NCBI GenBank assembly: GCA_964016885.1
Contig: OZ024766.1
Location: 14,756,001-14,820,000 of the forward strand
From: Eledone cirrhosa
Lineage: Eukaryota
Length of the DNA stretch: 64,000 bases
Direction: 5' to 3'
Shown piece after piece: positions 38,301 to 49,295 of this stretch. The position numbers were made by a program, and so were the translations under genes. The notes beneath the pieces were generated by a model. That model saw only the letters and a program-made list of their open reading frames with translations. It made no database searches and was not told the DNA's origin. Each line of letters begins with the position of its first letter. The stretch's first letter is position 1.

Positions 38301-40349
38301 AACCACTCAGTCAATTCCGTCTTAGGAGGTGGTGCGTTAGCAATTCTTTCGATACCTCTTCTAGTGTCCTTAAAACAGACCATTTGCCTATTTTCTAAGT
38401 GAACCGTCAGTTTCTGAACACTGTGTTTGCGTTCATTGAGATCAAAATCGAACAATCTCCAGCAAGCTTCGCTAGATCCAATCGAGCGAACATCCTGGAA
38501 CCTGCCAACTTCATCTCCTTGGTTCACTTCCTCATTCCTGACATTCATCATTGCCCCATCATGACCTTTGTAAACATATTTGAATAGATATTTGCAAGCT
38601 TTCACTGAGCTACAAATTTCCACATTAATATGACAACGATATTTCATAATCAAATATGGATTGTATGGCACAACCCATTGATTTGTAACCTGTCGACCGT
38701 TTACATTTTCGACCAAACCACCATCGGCAGGCGACCGTCTTCTGTATGAGGGATGAGCATCCCCATCATTCCAGGAAGTGTTCGTGACAAAAGATTTCGG
38801 AAAGTGCTTACTGCATTGGCCATTTTTCATGCAAGGCGCTTTCCGATTTGCCACTCCGCATTGGTTGTGCACCATTGACTTTGCCACCAAGTTGCATAGT
38901 GCCTCATTCTCCGGCAGTTCAGCACACACAATGCTGTCGACATCCTCAGCACATCACAATTTGCTATCTCTATGTAAAATGATCAGCAAATGTGCATGTG
39001 GCAATCCTCTTTTTTGGAATTCAATTACGTATGTAAAAGCAACTATACCTCCAAAGATTCCCTCTTTTTCCACATCATCCATTATCTTTTTCAGATATCC
39101 TTTGAATACTCTTGCCACAATATCAGGACGGTCCTTTGCCGTTCAAGTTCAGTTATATTTCCCGGCAACTTCATCCAACCGATCCTGATATCCTCCTCCG
39201 ATTCACTATAATCTGGATCGTTAACGTAAATTTGAGCGAATCAAGGCCTCTCTCCTGGGGTAACTTCTAAATTACCGATACAATGATACAAACGGCATTG
39301 AATGACGACATTCGGTTGCCATGCTCCACTCTCAAATATCTCACTAACTCTCTGCGATGCTAAAGCTAATAAATTGTTAATTTGCCCCGAATATTTGCGC
39401 AGTAATCTACCTCGGTCTCATTGATCACCCCACATACTTAGTATTTTAAACACTGGTGACTCCCCATCATCCGGCATTCGCAAAGGTTCTAGTTGAACTG
39501 CTCCTTTGTGACAGCACATTGTGGTCCACGTCTTTTCGTGCCACCAAAGCAATGCTCCACAATGTGGAGACCCTGCTCGTCCACCAATCTGACAATGACA
39601 CGGTTGCCATGATCCATTTTTAATATCATTCGTTCGCCTTCTAGCCTCTTTACTGGAATGAGGAGCACTTTGCGACACATTCCCTGAACTTCTGTATTGC
39701 GCTGGCGCTGTTCAGCCAGCTCCTCTTCATCCACCGGAGCACGCCATTGCTGCTGAATTCTGGCCACCTGCTGATGATGCTCAGCCAGTTCGTTTTTCAA
39801 CCATCGCAGCACTCCGTCGCCGCTGTAGTTCACTGTTTGATAAAGTCGAATTGCTTTTCTTATCAGTATTCATTTGGAGCAATTGTAAAAAAAAATGACA
39901 CAATAATAAATATAAAAGATGTCCGTCAATGTAAAGAAAGGTCTCTATTTACTCCCTTCACAACTCTGTGTATGACAGACAGGCACACAGACAGATAAAC
40001 TGCGCGGCGATTGTGGAACGTCACACGCATACACGCATGGAAACGCGCACATGCACGCAAACTTACACACGCACACACTCACACATGTTGATAGTTTTTA
40101 CTTTCTGTGGAACACTGCACGCACGCACACACACATAAACATACGCGCACATACATACACACGCATACATGTTAATAGTTATTGAACACAGCGTTCACAC
40201 TCTCCCCTCTCACTCCCTCATTGGCATTATGCATATTAATTTCAGTTTGGCGTCGTTGGGGTGGGCGGAGTCGTTTGAAACCTATGAACCAATGATAATC
40301 GAGAATTGTGACACACGGAATACTGACGTTCTTCAAATTAATAAATAGA
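35309..40349 (-). mobile_element. Helitron with a defective Rep/Pif1-helicase gene
   Basis: 5' A|TC at 40349; 3' hairpin plus CTAG at 35309. Rep motifs DRPDIVARVF, EFQKRGLPHAH, KYLFKYVYKG. Helicase motifs PGGTGKT, WDKAPM, GGDFRQVLP, QFPVNLAFSMTVNKAQGQT. Several stops/frameshifts and an apparent deletion near 39200. Confidence 0.95.
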
Positions 40350-40624
40350 TATATATATATCATCATCATCATCATCATCATCATTTTACGTCCACTTTTC
40401 TCTGCTTGCAAGCCATGTGCCTCTTCCTATATATACATATATACTATATATATATACACACATATACATATATATATGTATGTATATATATATATGTATA
40501 TATATATATACGTACTTAATACATGCATACATTTATTTTTTTTAAATTAATTGAGTTCTTAACACGCAGGATTAAAATTGTTTTTAAAAAAACTAATTAA
40601 CCCACGTGTATATTATTTTACTTT

Positions 40625-40760
40625 CTTGTGTTTCGCGATTGCCTCCCTTTTCCGCTTCGTGACGCTGTGATATTCCTCAGTCTAGGACTGCTGGAATTTC
40701 AAATTTGGCGGTCATTATGATGCGTGAAGGGACGACTTAGCTGACACAAAAATAACTGCG
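40625..40760 (+). promoter_or_regulatory. Possible promoter / non-coding first exon
   Basis: CpG-containing patch (TTTCGCGA, TTTTCCGC, TTTGGCGG) in AT-rich DNA, ending at a strong donor GCG|GTAAGA. Confidence 0.3.
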
Positions 40761-41146
40761 GTAAGAAATGTTTTCTTATATCAATGTTTGAAGGGCATCC
40801 ACTGATGATTTATAAGGCCCACCTGCATATGTTCTTACAGAAAAATATGTAGGCTTCTACATAAACAAGAAACATTCTCCCAACTTGTAGAAAACTTATA
40901 ATGAAACAATTGTTTGGAAAGAGAGATATATTTTAATTTTAATTATATCTCATATAAAATAATACAACTGGCTTTCCACAAAATACATATAGTTAGCACC
41001 CCAAACACAAAATTGGGATTATACTAAGGTATATCCTAATGTTTGTTGAGTGAGATGGTAGCCAGTCAGAGTTTAGCTTAAAGCTTTCTCTGTTATTGTA
41101 TTAAATATATGTGTATATATATATATATGTATCTATATATATATAT

Positions 41147-44135
41147 CACCTTGACCGACCAGTCTGTCGGGCGTCCATTCGACGCCGCTGGTCACAGCAC
41201 GCCGTCCATTCCTCTCTGGATTGTGCTTTCCTCATCCATGTAGTCCCAATTATATTCCTAAAATGATCTTCCACCTTCGTGGAGGCCTTCCGAGTGGTCG
41301 CTTCCACTCGCACGGGTACCACTCCGCAACTGCGCAGGTCCAGCGATTATCGGTGAACCGGGCGACGTGTCCAGCCCATCTGAACTTGCTGCGTATATAT
41401 TGTGCGATGACGTCCCTCACGTCGGACTTCTGTCTGATGACTTCGCTCCTGATGTGCTCTCTCAACGAGATTCCTAGCATTGATCTCTCCATGGCTCTTT
41501 GAGCCGTTACCAGCCTCTGCTCTTCTCTCTTCGTTGTAGCCCAAGATTCACTGCCATATAACTTTGTAGGTAAAACTGTGCTATTGAAGAAGTTGGCTTG
41601 GGCGATCTTGTCTAACCTCCCCTTGAGCACATCACTTATGCCGCTGAACGCCTTCCATCCGGCCTTTACTCTCTGCGAGATCAGCCTCTCAATGTCTCAG
41701 CGCATGTTCACTTCTTGTCCTAGGTAGACGTATTCCTCCACCTCCTCTATTTCATCACCGCCAACCACCATTCGACCTGTTGGTATGTTGTCGGACCGCA
41801 TGAAGTTCATTTTCATGCTGTTCATCTTGAGGCCTACTGCAGAGCTTTTGATGTCGAGCTCCGTCAGCATGGTCTGAAGCCGATCCGTGGTTTCAGCGAT
41901 GAGTACGATGTCATCAGCGAAACGGAGGTGGGTAAGTATCTCCCCATTGATGGTGACACCGCCTTGCCAGTCAATGCCTCTGAAGATCTGCTCGAGACAC
42001 GCGGTGAAAACTTTTGGAGAGATCGTATCTCCTTGCTTCACTCCCTTCTCGACCGGCACTCGTACGGGTGATGACAGCAGAGCTGTGTCGGTGGTGCATC
42101 CGGAATTCGCCTCCTTGAGCAGTTGAACGTATTGCGCCTCGACTCCTTGCCTCTGCAGCGAGTTCAGCACTGCGTTGATTTCGACGCTGTCGAAGGCCTT
42201 CTTGTAGTCTACGAACGCGACGCAAAGAGGCATCTTGTACTCTTTTGCTTGCTCAAGCAGTTGTGTCAGAGTAAATATGTGATCCATCGTGCTGTAGTTC
42301 TTCCGGAAGCCGGCTTGCTCTTTCGGTTGCTGTTCGTCCAGATGATGTGATAACCTGTTCAGGATTATCTTCGTGAACAGCTTGTACACGTGAGACAGCA
42401 GGAATATGGGTCGGTAGTTCTTCAGATCTTCTCTATCGCCCTTCTTTTATAGCAGGATGGTATTCGACTCTTTCCACTGCGAGGGTATTCTTCCCTCGTC
42501 CAGATCGTGTGTGAATCGCTCGGCGAGGATTTTCCAGAGCTGCTCTCCGCCTGACTTCAACACCTCCGATGTTATGCCGTCTTTCCCTGGCGCCTTTCCG
42601 CTTTTCATCACGCCGACGGCTCTTTCCACCTCACCGACAAGGATGGGTGGCACATTTTCTTCCTGTTGGAGTGACGGCAATGGCTGCACATTCCCGGCAG
42701 ACTTGAAGAGCTTGGTGTAGAGTTCTTCGTAAATCTTTTCCATCTCATTCTTGTCGCTGACCGGTACTCCAGCTGTGTTCTTCAGGGTCGTCACCTCCGA
42801 TCTGTACATTGCCATGTCCGTCTCGCATTTCTTGAGGCTTTTCTTTTCCTCTGCGGCCTTCAGGAGCTTCCCCATCCGGTATGGCTCGAAGTCACTCTTC
42901 AGTTGCCGTATCACTCTGCTGAGAAGGGAATATTCGAGGTGATCTTCAGGTGTCCCCTTCATAATCTTCCTCTTCTCAAGCAACTTCATAGTTTCCTCCC
43001 AGACTCTTCCCTTCCACTCCTTCGGGCACACACCCTTAGCCTTCCTCAAGCACTCCTTCAGTTTCCTTATCAGTGAGTCGTAGTCAGCGTCTATGCCGTC
43101 TCCTTTACACCACTTTTCCTGCATGATGGCTTCCTGCTGCTGCGCCTCGTTGAAGACCCAGACGCGTTCTCCCTTTGCCGCCAAATGCAGCGCCTTCTTT
43201 TCCCTCGTCCGATCGATGACGACCTTCGCCCTCACCAGACGATGATCACTGCCAGTGTTAAATGGCGTTATGACGGAGACGTCCTGCAGTATACGTCGCT
43301 TGTCGACCAGGATGTAGTCGATCTTGTTTCCGTGCTCAGAATTTAGCGATACCCAGGTCCATCTTTTCTCCTCCTTCTTCCTGAATAGGCTGTTTCCGAT
43401 GTAGAGCCGTCTCATCTCCGCCATGGTGACCAGACACTCTCCTCTTTCATTTCGATATCCCAGGCCGAATTTTCCTACATACTCTTCCCCTTGCCGTCCC
43501 TGTCCGACCTTTGCGTTGAAGTCTCCCATCACTACGGTGTAAGTGGACTTCACAGCTAGCACTTTGTCTAGCTGGCGATAGAATTCTTCCACTTCCTCGT
43601 CGTCGCTGGCACTTGTGGGAGCGTAGGTCTGCATGATCTTGAGGGTGGCCTTCCCTGAGAGGTTTACGTTCACTACACCAATCCGTGACGATATGAACTG
43701 GCAAGAAGGGACCTCCGAAGCCCATTCCTTGCTTACGATAAACCCTATACCAATCTGGCATCCTCTGCTTTCCCGAGTCTCACGGCGCATCCATCTTGCC
43801 ATCGGGAATTCGCCTCCTTCTTCTGGCGGGTCTCGCACAGCCCTAACACGTCCCACCTGATCTTCTTCTTCTCCTCCATTAGGTGGTTCAGTCCTTGCCC
43901 CCCTGCCAAAGACCTGCAGTTGTATGTGCATATGGCAAGGTTAGTCCTGTTCCATGGCGGCCTTCGTGAACCTGTGATTCTTAGCAGCCTTTCGTCGCTC
44001 GGGTTGCACTCCGACGTCATGGAGTAGCCCGATTGACTCGCATGGTACTGAGGCCCTTTTCTTCGTGCTGTTTTAACCATAAGATGACGCCATCCCATTG
44101 GCTGGGCGGGCAGGCCGGTACCTTCTCAGTTTAGC
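41147..44135 (-). mobile_element. Near full-length RTE-clade LINE (second, GC-richer family, no PHD insert)
   Basis: CTYNCRSL, LCETR, YAPTS, GDFNAK, IDYIL, GSDHRLV; [32 protein letters not shown]; RWAGHVAR, GRPPRRW. A few frameshifts; ends in (TA)n. Confidence 0.95.
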
Positions 44136-44260
44136 TAGCTTTTGAACTCTAGAAGATGATGAATCATCTCTAGGACCCAATTCGGGTCAAACAAATAAGA
44201 AAATATATACATATATATATATATATATACATATATATACATATATATATATATATACAT

Positions 44261-44400
44261 ATACTTGGGGAGGTTCATATTGTTGTAATAATATTGCCAG
44301 AAATAATAACAGAACACACTCACTGTTTGGTTGGTTTTCGCTTCTGTATCTTTTATATCTCCATAGTTAATTTATTTGGCAATCAAAGAACTTTGTTAGA

Positions 44401-44463
<63 letters not shown>

Positions 44464-44589
44464 ACCATTCGTCAATCAATGCCAAATAAATTAACTATGG
44501 AGATATAAAAGATACAGAAGCGAAAACCAACCAAACAGTGTTATTATTTCTGGCAATATTATTACAACAATATGAACCTCCCCAAGTAT
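44261..44589. repeat. Near-perfect inverted repeat (~110-bp arms) centred on a (TA)n tract
   Basis: 44261-44381 is the reverse complement of 44479-44589 apart from an ~11-bp indel. Confidence 0.9.
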
Positions 44590-44608
44590 AACAATATATA
44601 TATATATA

Positions 44609-44686
<78 letters not shown>

Positions 44687-44799
44687 TATATACACACACA
44701 CATATATATATACACACACACATATATATACACACACATATATATACACACACATATATATATACACACATATATATATATACATATATATATATACAC

Positions 44800-45138
44800 A
44801 TCATCATCATCATTCTACGTCCACTTTTCCCTGCTTGCAAGGGTGGGATGGGAACTGATCCTGGCTTGATTTCTACAGCTGGATGCCCTTCCTAAGACCA
44901 ACGTCATTTACAGTGAGTGCTGGGTGCTTTTTTTGCCGTGGCACCTCCATGACCACTTTACAGTGGAATGATAGGGACCCCAGTCCCTATCATCTCATTT
45001 CTACAGCTGAGTAAACTGGAGCAATGTGAAATAAAGTGTCTTGCTCAAGGAAACAACGCATCACGTGGTCTGAGAATTGAACTCACAACCTTTCGATTGC
45101 AAGGCCAATGCTCTAACTACTAAGCCATGTGCCTCCAT
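44800..45138 (-). mobile_element. SINE with tRNA head and RTE-derived tail
   Basis: Reverse complement of 52450-52775. Confidence 0.85.
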
Positions 45139-45189
45139 ATATATATATATACATATATATATATACACACACATATATATCTAAGTCTA

Positions 45190-45465
45190 AAGTCTGTCTT
45201 AAGCCAGCAGGCTCGTTTGGCCGGTGCTTATACCGGTTTCATGGCGTGAAGTGAGTGAGAGTACAAGACTACCCCCTGGACAGGACGCCAGTCCATCGCA
45301 GGGTTAAACCTCCAGCTATTGCTGGTACACATTTTCAGCTGAGTAAACTGGAGCAACGTGAAATAAAGTGTCTTTCTCAAGGAAACAACACATCACCCGG
45401 TCCAAGAATGGAACTCACACCTTTCGATTGAAAGCCTAATGCTCTAACCACTAAGCCATGTGCCT

Positions 45466-45468
<3 letters not shown>
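45190..45468 (-). mobile_element. tRNA-derived SINE (same type as the 4343 copy)
   Basis: Minus strand GGCACATGGCTTAGTGG...; body CCTGCGATGGACTGGCGTCCTGTCCAGGGG. Confidence 0.8.
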
Positions 45469-45535
<67 letters not shown>

Positions 45536-45749
45536 AGTATGTATGTATGTATACATACATACATATATGTATACAGACGTATAGTCGTATGTATATATAT
45601 ACATACATGCACACATATATATATGTACGTATCAGTTTACCAAACATTTATTATAATGCTCGGTTTGTCTGTTTGTAAACAAACAAACAGCCCGAATTAC
45701 GCCGTACAGTGTTTAGGCAACCACGTCACCTTTTTGTTCAACACTGACA

Positions 45750-45808
45750 CAGGAATGATGTACTAGTTTCAAGCTTATTAGCTATCGTCAGCATTGTATA
45801 CCTTCCTG
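45750..45808 (-). ncRNA. Type I hammerhead ribozyme
   Basis: CAGGAA GGTATACA ATG-CTGACGA-T AGCT AATA AGCT T-GAAA-CTAG-TA-CAT CA TTCCTG: complete core, palindromic stem III (ACTAGT), bipartite stem I with internal loop. Confidence 0.8.
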
Positions 45809-46304
45809 CCAGATGGTTGAACGTCTGAAAGTATATACTTTCCTTATGCATATTAACGGCTGAGCAGCCTAATTTGCATATCGAGTGAGATCAGTCGGCT
45901 GGGCACACCGAAAACGATAAATGGAATAGAATGAAACGAAATTTCATTTCTCACTCTTAGTAAGGCACTTACTTAAATGTAAGTATGTATGTATACGTAC
46001 ATACATATATGTATACAGACGTACAGTAGTATGTATATATATACATACATGCACACATATATATATGCACGTATCGGTTTACCGAACATTTATTATAATG
46101 TTCGGTTTATTTGTTTGTAAACAAACAAACAGTCCGAATTACGCCGTACAGTGTTTAGGCAACCACGTCACCTTCGTTTCATTCTATTCCATTTATCGTT
46201 TTTGGTGTGCCCGGCCGACTGAACTCACTCAATATGCAAATTAGGCTGCTCAGCCATTAATATGCATAAGGAAAGTATATACTTTCAGATGTTCAACCAT
46301 CTAG

Positions 46305-46363
46305 CAGGAAGGTATACGGTGCTGACGATAGCTAATAAGCTTGAAATGAGTACATTGTTCCTG
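46305..46363 (+). ncRNA. Type I hammerhead ribozyme (inverted copy)
   Basis: CAGGAA GGTATA CGGTG-CTGACGA-TAGCTAATAAGCTT-GAAA-TGAG-TA-CATTG TTCCTG; stem III palindrome mutated. Confidence 0.75.
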
Positions 46364-46569
46364 TGTCAGTGTTGAACAAAAAGGTGACGTGGTTGCCTAA
46401 ACACCGTACGGCGTAATTCGGGCTGTTTACAAACAAACAAACCGGACATTATAATAAATGTTCAGTAAACCGATACGTGCATATATATATGTGTGCATGT
46501 ATGTATATATATACATACTACTGTACGTCTGTATACATATATGTATGTACGTATACATACATACATACT

Positions 46570-46655
<86 letters not shown>

Positions 46656-46783
46656 ATTATATAGAACAATAAAATATGGCACCAGATGTTCAACCCAAGA
46701 CCTTATGATTGAGAACAGCACACCTGTAACCTCTAAGCTATATATCTTCACACAGACTTTCTGATAAAGACAGAAGTACCCAC

Positions 46784-46921
46784 CTGACTGACAGTTGTCT
46801 CCCCTGAAACCAGCTGCACATCCAACACTAGAACACACCCCAGATTTAATGTCGCAATGATCGTTGTCAGCACAGTGGCACAAATACTGACAGTTCAAGC
46901 CAAAATAACCCTTTTTACATT
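46784..46921 (-). CDS. Host gene internal exon: MEGF/laminin-type EGF-like repeat
   Basis: Poly-T acceptor (T)n-cAG, donor G|GTGGGT, 138 bp, phase 1-1. Translation CKKGYFGLNCQYLCHCADNDHCDIKSGVCSSVGCAAGFRGDNCQS. Confidence 0.9.
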
Positions 46922-47044
46922 CTGAAAAAAAAAAAAAAAAAAAAATAGAATTATATACACAACATATATATAAAATTATACACAATAACACATATATACA
47001 ATTATACACAGCTATAACATACATATACACAATTATACATAACT

Positions 47045-47410
47045 ATAATGCCAATGTGCGTGAATGACCAAGCATAGACGAGTTGAGAAAGAAACTGGGT
47101 ATAAGAGGGATAAGTTGTGGTGTGCAGGAGAGAAGGCTGAGCTGAGATGGTATGGACATGTGATGTGCATGGAGGATGACCGCTGGGTAAAGAAGTGCCA
47201 AGAAATCCCAGTAGAAGGAAGGCGCAGTAGAGGTAGACCATGAAAAACATGGGCGGAGGTGGTGAGAGAAGACCTCAAATTGCTGAAACTCACAGAGGAG
47301 ATGACAAGGGACCGTGACGAATGAAGAGATGCCATGCTTAATAAGACCCGTCCCACCCTTGCAAGCAGGGAAAAGCGGACGTAAAATGATGATGATGATG
47401 ATGATGATAA
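47045..47410 (+). mobile_element. RTE 3' fragment
   Basis: WYGHVM and GRP.KTW remnants, GGACGTAAA(ATG)n tail. Confidence 0.85.
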
Positions 47411-47591
47411 TAATAAAATTATTGTGTACAGTGCTCAGGGGCACTACAACTCATCAATGGTGAATTTATAGTACATTAGTGAACAGACAGTGAACAGTGT
47501 ATGAGTCATGAGATACACACAGACACATGCATGCGTGTGTATGGAGGGGGAATATCAGGTGTAGTGTTGGCGCAAAAAAAAAATAAAAGGA

Positions 47592-47651
47592 AATGCTTAC
47601 AGCACCTAGGTTTCTCAAGTGGTTTCCCATCTAAGTACTAACTAGGCTCGA
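47592..47651 (-). pseudogene. 5S rRNA 3'-half fragment
   Basis: Minus strand CGAGCCTAGTTAGTACTTAGATGGGAAACCACTTGAGAAACCTAGGTGCTGTAAGCATTT matches the 5S pattern GGGCCTGGTTAGTACTTGGATGGGAGACC..GGGAATACC.GGTGCTGTAGGCTTT, followed by a T-rich run. Confidence 0.8.
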
Positions 47652-47711
47652 GTCAAGATATATGTGTGTGTGTGTATGCATGGAGGGGGAATATCAGGTG
47701 CAGTGTTGGCG

Positions 47712-48135
47712 AATTTCAGGCAGCATGGAGGTTTTAAAGGATGCAGTGTCCCGGCAGCTAACAACTGATGCAGGTAGTTTGTTCCATGCTTCAGTGAATT
47801 TCAGGAAGCATGGAGGTTTTAAAGGATGCAGTGTCCTGGCAGCACACAACTGATGCGGGTAGTTTGTTCCATGCTTCAGTGAATTTCAGGAAGCATGGAG
47901 GTTTTAAAGGATGCAGTGTCTTGGCAGCACACAACTGATGCGGGTAGTTTGTTCCATGCTTCAGTGAATTTCAGGAAGCATGGAGGTTTTAAAGGATGCA
48001 GTGTCCTGGCAGCACACAACTGATGCGGGTAGTTTGTTCCATGCTTCAGTGAATTTCAGGAAGCATGGAGGTTTTAAAGGATGCAGTGTCTTGGCAGCAC
48101 ACAACTGATGCGGGTAGTTTGTTCCATACTTCAGC
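47712..48135. repeat. 85-bp tandem repeat, 5 copies, from a CR1/L2-type LINE C-terminus
   Basis: Period 85. Minus strand encodes AWNKLPASVVSCRDTASFKTSM, matching the WN.LP..VV......FK motif. Confidence 0.85.
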
Positions 48136-48519
48136 AAATTTTTATATATATCGATTGACCAACAGTTAAAAAATATAAATATAAATATAGTTTCTCAGAG
48201 TTTTTTCATCACACATCTGTGACATCATCAGTGATATTTCTATGCTTGTCATATTCCTGTGATGTTTTCTTATTCTATTTTATTTATTTGCAGTAGTTCC
48301 AACGTAAAAGACTTTCATAATAGTTGATCACTATAAATAACAGTTAGGAAAACCAGATAAAGTACATGTGGAGATAGAAAGAAGTAGACGGAGGGTCCTG
48401 TAAGGAACAGGTGCAAGTTTGCTTCCTTGCAAATACTTCTGTCTACATCTACCTTTCTCCTGAGATACTTTACTACCCACATTAACCTGTCACCTGTGGT
48501 CCATTACTGTCTACCAGGA

Positions 48520-48702
48520 ATAATAATTGTTTCTACTTTAGGCACAAGGTCAGCAATTATCCCAGTGTATTACTGGTACTTTATTTTATCGACCACGTAA
48601 GGATGAAAGGCAAAGTTAACTTCGGTGGGATTTGAACTCAGATTGTAAAGGGACATAACTATGCTGGAAAGCACGGCATCCGACTCTCTACTGATACTGC
48701 CA
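48520..48702 (-). mobile_element. Nin-type SINE
   Basis: Same family as 33662-33850. Confidence 0.85.
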
Positions 48703-49045
48703 TAATATAGTTAGACTAGTTAGAAGTAGAAATAAAAGACTATTAAACATATGTAGTCATTAATAATATAGTTATACTAGTTAGTAGTAAAAGTGAAAGA
48801 GTAATACACCTATGTAGTCATTAATAATATAGTTATACTAGTTAGTAGTAAAAGTAAAAGAGTAATAAACCTATGTAGTCATTAATAATATAGTTATACT
48901 AGTTAGTAGTAAAAATAAAAGAGTATTAAACATATGTAGCCATTAATAATATAGTTATACTAGTTAGTAGTAAAAGTAAAAGAGTAATAAACCTATGTAG
49001 ACATTAACAATATAGTTATACTAGTTAGTAGTAAACGTAAAAGAG
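48703..49045. repeat. 61-bp AT-rich tandem repeat, about 5.5 copies
   Basis: Unit TAATAATATAGTTATACTAGTTAGTAGTAAAAGTAAAAGAGTAATAAACCTATGTAGTCAT. Confidence 0.9.
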
Positions 49046-49220
49046 TTTACAACAATCTGCATTGTTGTGGCTTTCTTAAATACGTATTTTACACATTTCA
49101 CAATGCTTCAAGCAAACTTTAACACCCTCATATACATGTATGTATGTATATATATATATATACATGTATGTATATATATATACATGTATATATATGTATA
49201 TATATATATACATGTATATA

Positions 49221-49261
<41 letters not shown>

Positions 49262-49295
49262 ATGTATATATATATATACATGCAACAAAAAAAAA

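Larger units (their letters stand above)
45533..46573. mobile_element. Non-coding hammerhead-bearing retroelement (retrozyme-like / non-autonomous Penelope-type): 1.4 direct monomers plus one inverted monomer
   Basis: Direct repeat offset 442 bp (CAACCACGTCACC at 45718 and 46160). 46173-46573 is the reverse complement of ~45533-45940. No ORF; bounded by (TA)n. Confidence 0.8.

Noticed and set aside
40665-40748. C/D-box snoRNA (GTGATA...ATGATG...CTGA)
   Set aside because: Box C is imperfect, no rRNA-complementary guide was recognised, and it is antisense to the host intron.
44040-44200. Hairpins at the RTE 5' end as an HDV-like ribozyme
   Set aside because: Stem-loops are present (CTAGAAGATGAT/ATCATCTCTAG, GACCC/GGGTC), but I could not build the nested double pseudoknot by eye. 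Needs an RNArobo/Infernal search.
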